A stretch of DNA of 64,000 bases from an uncultured Candidatus Bathyarchaeia archaeon (lineage in GTDB: Archaea > Thermoproteota > Bathyarchaeia > Bathyarchaeales > DTEX01), in contig CAYXIF010000002.1 of the NCBI GenBank assembly GCA_964465575.1, positions 10,824 through 74,823 of the forward strand, given 5' to 3'. Position numbers and translations under genes: made by a program. The stretch's first letter is position 1. Each line of letters begins with the position of its first letter. The notes beneath the pieces are model-generated. The model saw only the letters and a list, made by a program, of their open reading frames with translations. It ran no database searches and was not told the origin of the DNA. Below, piece by piece: positions 26,911 through 35,785 of this stretch.

Positions 26911-28391
26911 CTTTCCAGATCACCAACCAGAAGCTCCTTGGATGGATAGAGCAAGATCCTTGATCCTCCTCCCTTCTTTGTCACATCTTCGACCCGTATC
27001 CCAAGTTCTCTGGAGAGTATCCTCGTGACGTGTGGGGTGCAGAATCCGCCTTGACACCTCCCCATGCCGGCTCTTGTGCGATACTTGACCCCATCAAGCG
27101 TAGTGGCACCACGTCCTATGGCGTCCACTATCTCCCCTTCGGTTACCTGTTCACAACGGCAGACCACGTGTCCATAGCGAGAATCCCGGGATATTATGCT
27201 CGCCGCTTTGGATGGATGAAAATCACGGATTGGATGCTCAATGGGTTTTCTAAATGGGTTGAATCGGTCTTTCTCATCTAGTTGAAGGCCCTCCTTTTTC
27301 AGAATGTCTACGACCATCTCAGCGATCGCGGGTGCCGAGGTCAACCCTGGAGATTTTACCCCCGCTACGTTGATAAACCCTCGGGGCTCCTCATACGGTC
27401 TGATTATGAAGTCTCCTGTATCGGGCTCAGGACGTAGGCCAGCGAAACTCGTAATCACAGCACCGCGCCTCTTTGAAAGACTAGGAACAAGTTTGCAGGC
27501 ACCGTCCAACACCTCCCTCATCCCTGAAGAGGTGACCTCTGTGTCCATCTTACTCTCGACATCACGGGCATTAGGACCAACAAGAAGATTCTTGTCAACG
27601 GTCGGGGTGACAACGATGCCCTTACTGACGTGAGTGGGCATAGGGAAAAGGACATGGTTCACGAGTCCATCCAGCTCTTTATCATAGACGATATACTCGC
27701 CTTTCCTTGGGACTATCTTGAAATCACATATTCCAACCTTGGAAGATATTTCATCTGCAAATAGGCCTGCTGCATTGATTAGATACTCGGCCTCTATCGT
27801 CCCTTTCTTTGTTGTTACACCCTTCATCTCGCCGCACTTCACTACGATGTCCAATGCCTCAGTCCCTAGGAGAATAGAGACTCCGTTCTCCCTCGCGTTC
27901 TCGGATAAGGCTATGGCTCCCTCGTAAGGACAGATTATGCCAGCGGTGGGAGCGCAAAGTGCAGCAAGAGCATCAGGGTTCAGACTAGGCTCCATCTCTC
28001 GAAGCCTCCTGGAATCTATTATCGCCAGTTCGGGAACGCGGTTCTTTCTTCCACGAGCCAGCAACCTTTCCAGAATAGGTGTCTCCTCATCAGCCAAAGC
28101 AACAACAAGAGAGCCTATTCTTCTGTAAGGTATGCCCAGCTCCAAGGCGATCCTCTGCCAAAGCCAGTTTCCTCTGGGACAGAGCCTAGACGCTAAGGTT
28201 CCAGGCTTATCATCGTAACCGGCATGAATAATGGCAGTATTCGCCCTCGTTGGACTGCCAAAAGCTACGTCCACTTCCTTCTCGATCAAGAGAACCCTCG
28301 CCTTGTACTTGGACAATTCTCGCACTATCGCTGTGCCGACAATACCGCCACCAATTACCAGTATGTCAGTCTCCACCCACCTCACCTCCAA
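26892..28391 (-). CDS. FAD-dependent glycerol-3-phosphate dehydrogenase-like oxidoreductase with a BFD-like [2Fe-2S] domain
   Basis: Has ILVIGGGIVGTAIVREL (FAD), a DAO-family core, and the C-terminal VVCRCEQVTEGEIVDAI...RAGMGRCQGGFC, which is a BFD-like Cys pattern. Confidence 0.8.
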   Translation of the reverse strand: MEVRWVETDILVIGGGIVGTAIVRELSKYKARVLLIEKEVDVAFGSPTRANTAIIHAGYDDKPGTLASRLCPRGNWLWQRIALELGIPYRRIGSLVVALADEETPILERLLARGRKNRVPELAIIDSRRLREMEPSLNPDALAALCAPTAGIICPYEGAIALSENARENGVSILLGTEALDIVVKCGEMKGVTTKKGTIEAEYLINAAGLFADEISSKVGICDFKIVPRKGEYIVYDKELDGLVNHVLFPMPTHVSKGIVVTPTVDKNLLVGPNARDVESKMDTEVTSSGMREVLDGACKLVPSLSKRRGAVITSFAGLRPEPDTGDFIIRPYEEPRGFINVAGVKSPGLTSAPAIAEMVVDILKKEGLQLDEKDRFNPFRKPIEHPIRDFHPSKAASIISRDSRYGHVVCRCEQVTEGEIVDAIGRGATTLDGVKYRTRAGMGRCQGGFCTPHVTRILSRELGIRVEDVTKKGGGSRILLYPSKELLVGDLERWKGKK

Positions 28392-28919
28392 GAAGCCAAC
28401 CTTTTGTGAAGGCCCACGTGGACCCTTTAGCGGTGACTCCGGTCGATGGCTTCCCCGACTTAGTCTCCGTCTCTACAGAGTCAGAGTTATAACATGCCAA
28501 GTCACATAAAGCTTCTTCCTTCGTCAATCCTAATCGCGTTTGGCTCTACCTCCACGAACACGTTACATCGCAGCGGCCAAGATGATCTTCTTACCCTCCG
28601 TGTCAATCAAGGTGAGTACGACTACACCGGCAAACCCTACTGCAAGATCTGACATTTTTGTCATCTACAGCTTTGTTTCTCTATCGCAGAGACTACCGAT
28701 AATGTTCGTGTTTTTCACGACATTATGAATCTGTTTCTTTATTGGAAGAAGGGTTTTAGGGGCACTATCTTATTAGTACCTTGAATTGCTTCTGATATTC
28801 GATCAGTGGCTTCACCTATTCCATCCTTTCTTTCCAAAATAACCTTTTTCTGCTCGTAAGAGGCTAGGCTGGTTCAAGGAAAGAGGCTGAAGTGCCTAGT
28901 GCCTCTCCTCATAATGTGT

Positions 28920-29306
28920 TCATGTCGGCTCGATGTGTTCACCGTCTGCCAGTTTGCGTTCTAGAGTTGCTACCCTAAAGCTTGTGTTGATCCTCGGTAG
29001 TTCTCCCTTGTGGAAGAAAAGCAGAACATCCGCCAGTCTTCTTCCTCGCGCCCTGCTTAGGACTGTCATCAAGTTCTGGCTAGGCAAGTGGCCCTTGAGA
29101 GCAATCTTTATCTTTTTCTGACTTTTACTATCCTCGTGAGCGTGCTTTCGGACAGATTCCTCCCCGGCCTCTCCTTTCCGGTTCTCATTGTACCATTTGA
29201 ATATCTCGTGACGACGAATCTGACCATCTCCGAGTTTAGGAGTGTTGTTTGGGAAGGATGCGTTACTTCCCTCCCTCTTGCTTTCAGCAAGATATGTTGG
29301 GATCAA
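28920..29306 (-). CDS. Hypothetical protein (128 aa), weakly supported
   Basis: This is the only sizeable ORF in an AT-richer, gene-poor stretch. It is basic and low-complexity (KHAHEDSKSQKKIK), with no motif recognised. Confidence 0.25.
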   Translation of the reverse strand: MIPTYLAESKREGSNASFPNNTPKLGDGQIRRHEIFKWYNENRKGEAGEESVRKHAHEDSKSQKKIKIALKGHLPSQNLMTVLSRARGRRLADVLLFFHKGELPRINTSFRVATLERKLADGEHIEPT

Positions 29307-29417
29307 AAGAGAGATGCAGGGAGTTGGGAGACTACTTCAAAAGCGTCGGGAAGGAAGAATGAACACGTTGAAAGAGGATTCAAAGATCTCAAGAATCGGA
29401 CCATTTGGGGTGATTGA

Positions 29418-29852
29418 ATGACGAACTCTTTAGATATCCGGCTGGTCAAAACTAGGAAGGAGCTTGAGGAGGTTTTGAGATTAAGAAAGACCGTGTTTGT
29501 TGAGGAACAAGATGTTCCTAAAGAGATAGAGTTCGATGGTTTGGACCAGAGACTGGAACATGTCATAGTCAGGCTCGATGGCAAAACAATAGGATGTGCA
29601 AGAATAAGACCTATGAACGGAAAAGTGAAGTTAGAGAGAATAGCGATTTTGAAGGAACAAAGAAACAAGGGATTTGGCAAAATGCTGATGCAGTATCTGA
29701 TTTCCCATTGCAGACAGATAGGTGCAAACGAGATAGTAATACATGCCCAGCATCACTTGAGAGGCTTCTATGAAGATTTCGGCTTCAAATCAAAAGGACA
29801 ACCATTCATGGAAGCTGGCATCAAACATATTGAAATGCTTAGGGTGCCATAG
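29418..29852 (+). CDS. GNAT-family N-acetyltransferase (ElaA/YjcF-like)
   Basis: Has RKTVFVEEQDVPKEIEFDGLD, GCARIRP, and the acetyl-CoA motif QRNKGFGKMLM. Confidence 0.85.
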   Translation: MTNSLDIRLVKTRKELEEVLRLRKTVFVEEQDVPKEIEFDGLDQRLEHVIVRLDGKTIGCARIRPMNGKVKLERIAILKEQRNKGFGKMLMQYLISHCRQIGANEIVIHAQHHLRGFYEDFGFKSKGQPFMEAGIKHIEMLRVP

Positions 29853-30116
29853 GCTGAATTCACCTTCAACTTACTATTCTTAGCAGGAGCATATGGTGAT
29901 GTTTCAGGGGGCCTTGTTGTCTACGGAGACACCCATGGCCCTTCTTCCTCCAAAGGAAAGAGTTAAGATGCTAAGCAAGCTCAGGGACTACGGCTATGCT
30001 ACTCTGCCTGCAGAATGATGAGGGTATCATGAACAAGTGAGAAACGACGCCGCAAGTGTAAGTAGTAACAAGCCAGAGAACAAACCACTGAACTGGGTTG
30101 GGATTTAGAAGGATAC

Positions 30117-30350
30117 ATGTTGAAAAAGAAATCTGTCGCCTATTCAGGGATTCTTCTGATTACTTTAGGCTCTATCTCTCTTGTTTTTGAACTGTGGTAT
30201 GCATTGGTTTTTGGAATAATCTTAGATATACAATATTTCACACGTCCAGAACTTAGCGGAGACCTCTTATGGCTTATCAGTGTAAGCTGCTCAATGGTAG
30301 TATTGGGGTCAATTTTCATACTTTGGGCATACAAACTTCCGAAAAACTAG
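30117..30350 (+). CDS. Small membrane protein (77 aa, two predicted TM helices)
   Basis: Has two hydrophobic stretches: YSGILLITLGSISLVF...ALVFGIIL and LLWLISVSCSMVVLGSIFILWAY. Confidence 0.4.
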   Translation: MLKKKSVAYSGILLITLGSISLVFELWYALVFGIILDIQYFTRPELSGDLLWLISVSCSMVVLGSIFILWAYKLPKN

Positions 30351-30465
30351 GATACAAGCATCGCCCCTTCTGGCAGCAGAACTCGATCTTCGTTGATCAA
30401 GGTTTCAAGGTTTCTCTTCCGAATCCAGCCCATGGATCAGAAGCAATTCTTCCCATACTTCTCCG

Positions 30466-31134
30466 TTAGCTTGTGCTGTCAACACTCTCTCTCAATTTCT
30501 TATAGGTGTCTCTGATCCGGTCTCTTATCCACTGGGAGACATCGTTCAAGGCTGGTGGATGAACTAGGAACACGTGGATATCCGATGGTAGTTTTGGTTG
30601 GATTCGGATTCTATTCTCGTCTTTCATTAACAGAATTCCAGCTTCTCCATCCTTGAGAGTCTCATCTATCTGCTTTAGGATATACTCGTCTCGCCTCTTT
30701 TCTGCTTCAAGATAGAAGTTCTGGATCTTCTCTGCTACTTCGGGGGTTCTGACTATTGACAGACACACGCCCCAATCCATGTATTCGCCAAACAACCTTT
30801 TTTCTTCTAGGGCTATGAGCTCGGCCCCCTGGCTTATCTCGGACTCCACTAGTTCATGGCTCCTCTTGTTCTGTTGCTTGATTGACTCTAAGCTATCTTG
30901 ATCAGCCGAATAGATTGACTCGTGGTAGATCTTGGCTGCTCTGCCAACTTTTCCCAGCTTCTCAATGTGCTCTTTCACTTCGGTCCAGTACGTATCATAC
31001 AGCTTCTGGTAGTCTTCTGGAGCATCCTTTCCCGAGAATACAAGAGGCACACAATACAGTTTCCTACCTGCCGCGTACTTTTGCACTGACGGCTTCTCTA
31101 TTCTACCCAGCTTCTTCTTCGACATTTCTACCAC
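30466..31134 (-). CDS. Hypothetical protein (222 aa), no recognisable domain
   Basis: Long ORF with plausible composition. No catalytic or binding motif recognised. An alternative start is the internal MSKKKLG. Confidence 0.5.
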   Translation of the reverse strand: MVEMSKKKLGRIEKPSVQKYAAGRKLYCVPLVFSGKDAPEDYQKLYDTYWTEVKEHIEKLGKVGRAAKIYHESIYSADQDSLESIKQQNKRSHELVESEISQGAELIALEEKRLFGEYMDWGVCLSIVRTPEVAEKIQNFYLEAEKRRDEYILKQIDETLKDGEAGILLMKDENRIRIQPKLPSDIHVFLVHPPALNDVSQWIRDRIRDTYKKLRESVDSTS

Positions 31135-32551
31135 ATTTATTATAGTAGAAGGACTAGCTTAGACTTGCATGTCCTACTAGTAAGAAATAGTTTTCTCCAT
31201 ATTACTTTTCCCATTTACCTATTCTAGTGGCAAACTTCAGCCTTTGACTACGATCAAGTCCACACGAGAGGAATTTAAGAAAAAATCGCAAGACCATAAG
31301 TCGTCCATGAGGTTTGATGGGCGCCGCAACAATTCCTATCGCCATCGGCACTCTGGCAATTCATCAGAAATCCATTACGGCAGAAGCCTGAGAAAGGTTG
31401 GCAACACGTCAGCAAAGTAGGAAAAGCCGAACGGGAAAACCGCGAGCAACCGAACAACCGCAATGGCATAAAGAACAAAGCCCAACACGTCAAAAAGCGC
31501 GCAAGGTTCTTCCGACCCACAAAACTCCTTATGCTGAGCGGGATTTGAACCCGCAACAAACGGAGACACCATCCACCTAATAACCTTCTTCAACGAAAAA
31601 CTCAGGTATCAGCTCAGAAACTTGGCAACCTTGTCAACTGATTTTCAGAATCGGGGCGTTAAGATATGGCAGGCCATCCAAGCGCGACTGCTGTCATTAG
31701 CTTCCAAGACTTTCTAAGACGACGTTTCAAAGCATCTAGTGCACAATAGATGTCACCAACCCAAACAGTTCCTAATCCTAGTCTTCTGAAGGGTTCAAAA
31801 GCGCGCTAGAGGATAATGATAGAGGACCAAAGTGTGGTTCACAGCATTCCAAAGAGTAAGGAGAGCAAAAAGCAAACTCTGATCAAGTTGGCCGATCGAA
31901 CATCCATGTCATCTGCCCCTTGTCCTTCTCGCTGTCAGTTCATTCAAGTATTCTCTTTTCGCTTTCCTGCTCCCGGGGTGGCCTTCACTCTTTACTGCAA
32001 AGTCTTTCGCGTGGAGAATCACTACATCGTAGTTAGAGTTGCCGCTTCCAAACAATGCATGGTTGGCACCGAATTCTAGCGTAGTCATGGCAAACCAGAC
32101 GTTTTTCCAACTAAGACGTTGATATGTTGAAACCTAACCGTCCAACCCACCATCTCCCATGAATCTCTTTGAAATAGCAAAGAAAATTGACGCATGGCTG
32201 AGAACCGAAAGATTCGCGAAGATAGGATTTGGCACAACAACCACACGTAAGGCTCCTGTTGTTAGGAGAAGTATGAGAGAGATAACCCAGTTTTCTCCTG
32301 AGAAGTATCTCTTCGTGCTGAACCTGCTTTAGATATGTTTCCGGCAAGTTGAGCCTCTTAATTTCTTTATGTTACGGAATAGTCTCAAACTAGAAGGAAA
32401 TCGGAAAGTTTTCTGATGGAGCATCCAAGTAGATGCCGAAAAGACGGGCAAGCGGAGCAGGTGGAAAATCCTTCTAGGACATAAAAAAAAGGCTTTTATG
32501 AGTAAACAGTCATAAACCTAGGCTAAGAACTCGGTAGGGTGTGAGTACGTT

Positions 32552-33478
32552 ATGATAGTTTCTATCGAGGGTCTAACTAAGAGCTATGGGAGTGTCGTGG
32601 CTGTGGATGGCCTCTCACTAGAGGTCGAAGAAGGAAACATTATGGGTCTAATAGGTCCTAACGGAGCTGGCAAAACGACCACAATAAAGGTTCTCTTGGG
32701 ACTTCTTAGACCTGACCGAGGCAAGGTGGAGGTTTTCGGCGAAAACCCTTGGGACAACGCTGACATAAGATCCAGGATTGGAGCTATCTATGAAAAGGCA
32801 AGTTTTCCTCGTCACCACAAGGTCTTGGATTACCTTGAGAAGACATGTAGGATTTTTGGATTTCCTGAATCTAGGGCGAAAGAGATGCTGGAGATTGTTG
32901 GGCTTAAAGGAGTCGATAATAGGCAGATCAAGGGCCTTTCAGCTGGTATGCTCCAGAAGTTTTCGATAGCCCAAGCGTTGATGCATAAGCCAGAGTTTGT
33001 CATAGCCGACGAGCCCACAGCACACCTAGATCCCCAAGCCAGATCCGATATTCTAAACTTGATTCTGAGACTTCACCATGATGAGAAAGTGACGTTCCTC
33101 ATCTCCTCCCACATTCTGTATGAACTGAGCAGAGTCTGCGATGTAGCGACCATAATAAACGGGGGTAAGGTTTGGGGTCAAGGACGCCTCATAGAGCTTC
33201 TTGAGAAGACTGGAGCCGGAGCCACAAGGATCTCAACAGACAAGCCTGAAGCCCTTGCCAAAGCGGTAGAGGAGTTAGGCTACGTGAGGCGACTGGAGGT
33301 AGATGAGAGAGGCATATCTGTGCTTGCAGCCCAGGGATTCCGCGAACAGCTCTATGATGATGTTCTAAAGCTTGCAAGAAAAGTTGGAGCTAATATCTAT
33401 GGGATAGAAAGCGGAACAGCCTCCTTAGAGGAACTCTTTAAGGTTGCTACCAAACTAGGCGCGGAAGGAGATGCCTAG
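32552..33478 (+). CDS. ABC transporter ATP-binding protein
   Basis: Has Walker A GPNGAGKTT, the signature LSAGMLQK, Walker B FVIADEPTAHLD, and the H-loop SSHIL. Confidence 0.9.
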   Translation: MIVSIEGLTKSYGSVVAVDGLSLEVEEGNIMGLIGPNGAGKTTTIKVLLGLLRPDRGKVEVFGENPWDNADIRSRIGAIYEKASFPRHHKVLDYLEKTCRIFGFPESRAKEMLEIVGLKGVDNRQIKGLSAGMLQKFSIAQALMHKPEFVIADEPTAHLDPQARSDILNLILRLHHDEKVTFLISSHILYELSRVCDVATIINGGKVWGQGRLIELLEKTGAGATRISTDKPEALAKAVEELGYVRRLEVDERGISVLAAQGFREQLYDDVLKLARKVGANIYGIESGTASLEELFKVATKLGAEGDA

Positions 33479-34337
33479 AATGGGTAAGGCGAGGACCTTC
33501 TTGGAGGTTTTCGCGTCCGCCCTAAATGAGGATTTTAGATTTCCGGCTCTGGAGATCATTGTTTCCATTCACACTGTAGGAATTTTCATTATTCTTTGGG
33601 TGAGTACTGGAAGTGGCCCAGGAGCCCAGCCTGGCCTGGTCTTCCAGATCCTCCAACGCGGAAGCCCTGAAGCGGTCAAAGCCATCATAGTTTCCAGTTT
33701 AGCTGGGTTATGGAGCTTTGTCTTTACATCACCGATCTTTGGAATGCTTATCTTAAAGAACATAGCCTACAGCCTTGGGAACGACCTAGAGAGGGGAGTG
33801 ATACAAAACGTTCTTTCCTATCCTTTGAAGAGAAGATACATTCTCACGGCTAAGCTTTTGTCGTCTGTTGGGGTCGTCTATATGCTTATGTTAGGTATCC
33901 AAATCTTTGAGCTCTTTATCTTAGTCCCCGATACAGTCTCTCAAAACATTGGATTCGTTCTCCTCACCTTCATGGCGGCTCTCAGCTATCCGCTTTTAGT
34001 GACCGGCCTTGTGTTGTTGTTGACGCTTTTATTCAAGAGGGGAAGTATAGCCCTGTTTACTGGGATTGGCCTATACTTTTCGATCTCAGTCGTCATGCTG
34101 CTCCTATTAACGATGGCCGGCGTGACGAGCTCCGATATTCCACTCAAGATAGCTGCAATCCTCTTCCCCGGAATAGCCCTAGGATCACACTATCAATATG
34201 GCCTAGATCCTTCAATAAGTAAACTTTGGACCCCGAGTTTCGATGAATCTCTCTTCTACATTGGAGCCGGCTATGCTTTGGCGTTTTTTGTCCTCGCCAT
34301 GGGATACTTGTACTTCGAGAGGAGACTGGAAATATGA
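33471..34337 (+). CDS. ABC-2-type transporter permease
   Basis: Its start overlaps the ATPase stop by 8 nt. It has about six hydrophobic segments. Confidence 0.6.
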   Translation: MPRMGKARTFLEVFASALNEDFRFPALEIIVSIHTVGIFIILWVSTGSGPGAQPGLVFQILQRGSPEAVKAIIVSSLAGLWSFVFTSPIFGMLILKNIAYSLGNDLERGVIQNVLSYPLKRRYILTAKLLSSVGVVYMLMLGIQIFELFILVPDTVSQNIGFVLLTFMAALSYPLLVTGLVLLLTLLFKRGSIALFTGIGLYFSISVVMLLLLTMAGVTSSDIPLKIAAILFPGIALGSHYQYGLDPSISKLWTPSFDESLFYIGAGYALAFFVLAMGYLYFERRLEI

Positions 34338-34966
34338 AGCCTAGAGTGTTCGTTCTGCTCGGAAGAATTGGTTCAATACTGCTGGCTACAGGATTAGCTC
34401 TCGGTCTAGTCTGCGTAATTCCTGCAACTTCTGGACCAACCATTGAACCTAGGTGGACTTCACGGCCCATGACATGGACCCCTTATTCTCATCCACAATA
34501 CTCGCCTAGCAACCCTCAGAAAGGTGTTCGCATGTCAGTGACTTCCAACAGTAGCTTACAGATATATGTGCTCGGCACCCACTCTCTACAATTGAGGGAA
34601 TGGGCTTTATCGTGGGTGAAAGAGCATTTCCCTTCGCTTAATGCCAGTCAGGCCTACTGGGCCACGCTAGATATGTCGGTTTTAGAGGCCTATTTGCAGA
34701 CACATCCAGAAAATGTCATGCTTAACGAAGGTGTGAAGGGGGAGTGGTCCTTCGAATTCTTCCCCCCAAATGTGACCAATGTAACCATAGTGGTCTCTAA
34801 CCCTTCCCTTGCGCCGACTAGTGTAGATATGAAGACAACACCAATAGCAACCTTGGTGCCGAGGCAACGTGCTGTCACAATCACAGAAGTACTTTTCGCG
34901 ACGGGCATAGTGTTAGCACTCCCACGAATAGTCCAAAAGAGCAAGAATCGCGCTAGACCTCTTTGA
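34334..34966 (+). CDS. Membrane-anchored extracytoplasmic protein of unknown function (transporter accessory?)
   Basis: The start overlaps the permease stop (ATGA). It has an N-terminal TM segment (VFVLLGRIGSILLATGLALGLVCVI), N-x-[ST] sequons (NVTNVT) and a C-terminal hydrophobic segment. Confidence 0.45.
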   Translation: MKPRVFVLLGRIGSILLATGLALGLVCVIPATSGPTIEPRWTSRPMTWTPYSHPQYSPSNPQKGVRMSVTSNSSLQIYVLGTHSLQLREWALSWVKEHFPSLNASQAYWATLDMSVLEAYLQTHPENVMLNEGVKGEWSFEFFPPNVTNVTIVVSNPSLAPTSVDMKTTPIATLVPRQRAVTITEVLFATGIVLALPRIVQKSKNRARPL

Positions 34967-34984
34967 GGCCCCGTTGCAATCTCT

Positions 34985-35149
34985 CTATTCGTTGAGCGGT
35001 ACAAAATTGCTTGGCCATTGATGTCCATGCCGATGCTGTTGTTCCTTACCAAGCTTCCCCTTCAGAAGGTTGCTGAAGAACTCCCTAAGATAAGCCTTTA
35101 TTCCGGTCGACGCCTTCCAGATCTCGTCCTTCCAAACCTTAAGATACAT
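34985..35149 (-). CDS. Candidate small protein (54 aa), below the ORF-track cut-off
   Basis: The ATG at 35149..35147 is preceded by GGAGGG with a 7-nt spacer. Translation is MYLKVWKDEIWKASTGIKAYLREFFSNLLKGKLGKEQQHRHGHQWPSNFVPLNE. No homology recognised. Confidence 0.3.
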   Translation of the reverse strand: MYLKVWKDEIWKASTGIKAYLREFFSNLLKGKLGKEQQHRHGHQWPSNFVPLNE

Positions 35150-35366
35150 GAAACAACCCTCCAAGCATAAAGCCTAGAGGAAGACATATCCATAAACTAA
35201 AGAACAAAACTTACTTACACATCTATTGACTGTGACGAAAGCGAAACGCGAACACAAGCAATATGAAGAAAAGGAGCAGGCAGACCTTAACGAGTCTGAA
35301 GGATCAAAAGATTTATAGCAAGGCCAGCCAGATTTTTTCCTGCCGGGAAACCCAACCTGCCAAAAC

Positions 35367-35555
35367 CCCCTAGGCCACAGAAAAATCGAGAACACCTTGA
35401 TCTACATCCAACTTGAACACGCATTGTTCCAGGACATGACAGACGAGTACATTTGCAAGGTAGCCAAAAACCTTAAGGAAGCCACGGAGCTAATAGAAGC
35501 CGGATTCCAATATGTGACCGAAATGGACGGCTGCAAACTCTTCAGGAAACCGAAA
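35367..35555 (+). pseudogene. Tyrosine recombinase (integrase) C-terminal remnant
   Basis: It reads PLGHRKIENTLIYIQLEHALFQDMTDEYICKVAKNLKEATELIEAGFQYVTEMDGCKLFRKPK. LGH-x6-T-x-x-Y is the box II / catalytic-Tyr region. The tail ...EAGF.YV...DG.KLFRK.K resembles the end of an archaeal integrase family as I remember it. No upstream catalytic R/H-x-x-R region exists: the upstream in-frame stop is at 35316..35318 and the sequence before PLGH is unrelated. The frame reads on into the tRNA. Confidence 0.6.
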
Positions 35556-35587
35556 ACATCTTTCCTAGGGTCGCCGTCTGGGCAAAT

Positions 35588-35662
35588 GGGGTCGTCGGCT
35601 AGCTTGGTCTAGGCTCCGAGCCTCGGGCGCTCGGGACCCCGGTTCAAATCCGGGCGACCCCA
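35588..35662 (+). tRNA. tRNA-Pro (anticodon CGG)
   Basis: Cloverleaf by hand:
- acceptor stem GGGGTCG / CGACCCC
- D stem GGCT / GGCT, with G-U pairs, and the GG in the D loop
- anticodon stem CGAGC / GCTCG
- anticodon loop C-T-CGG-G-C
- T arm CCCGG-TTCAAAT-CCGGG
- discriminator A

No CCA is encoded. Confidence 0.9.
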
Positions 35663-35785
35663 TCAAGAATTGCGCATCACTTTGCAGCCAACGGTTTCCG
35701 AAATCGCTGAAATCGGACCAGACACCTTCTGCTGCCTAAGTGAATGCTTTAAGGCGGCGTTTCGGCTCTCATGACTGTTGAAAGG

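Noticed and set aside
28851-28905. tRNA-like D-arm word (GAGGCTAGGCTGGTTCAAGG) and a GAGGC...GCCTC stem.
   Set aside because: No T arm, acceptor stem or 7-nt anticodon loop with U33 can be built, so the resemblance is superficial.
29418-29852. The GNAT as a toxin of a GNAT/RHH toxin-antitoxin pair.
   Set aside because: No small upstream same-strand antitoxin ORF is present. The sequence looks like the ElaA/YjcF housekeeping-type GNAT.
30016-30095. C/D-box sRNA candidate: ATGATGA at ~30016 and CTGA at ~30090.
   Set aside because: The box spacing of ~75 nt is longer than typical archaeal C/D sRNAs. There are no convincing internal C'/D' boxes and no terminal pairing of the flanks.
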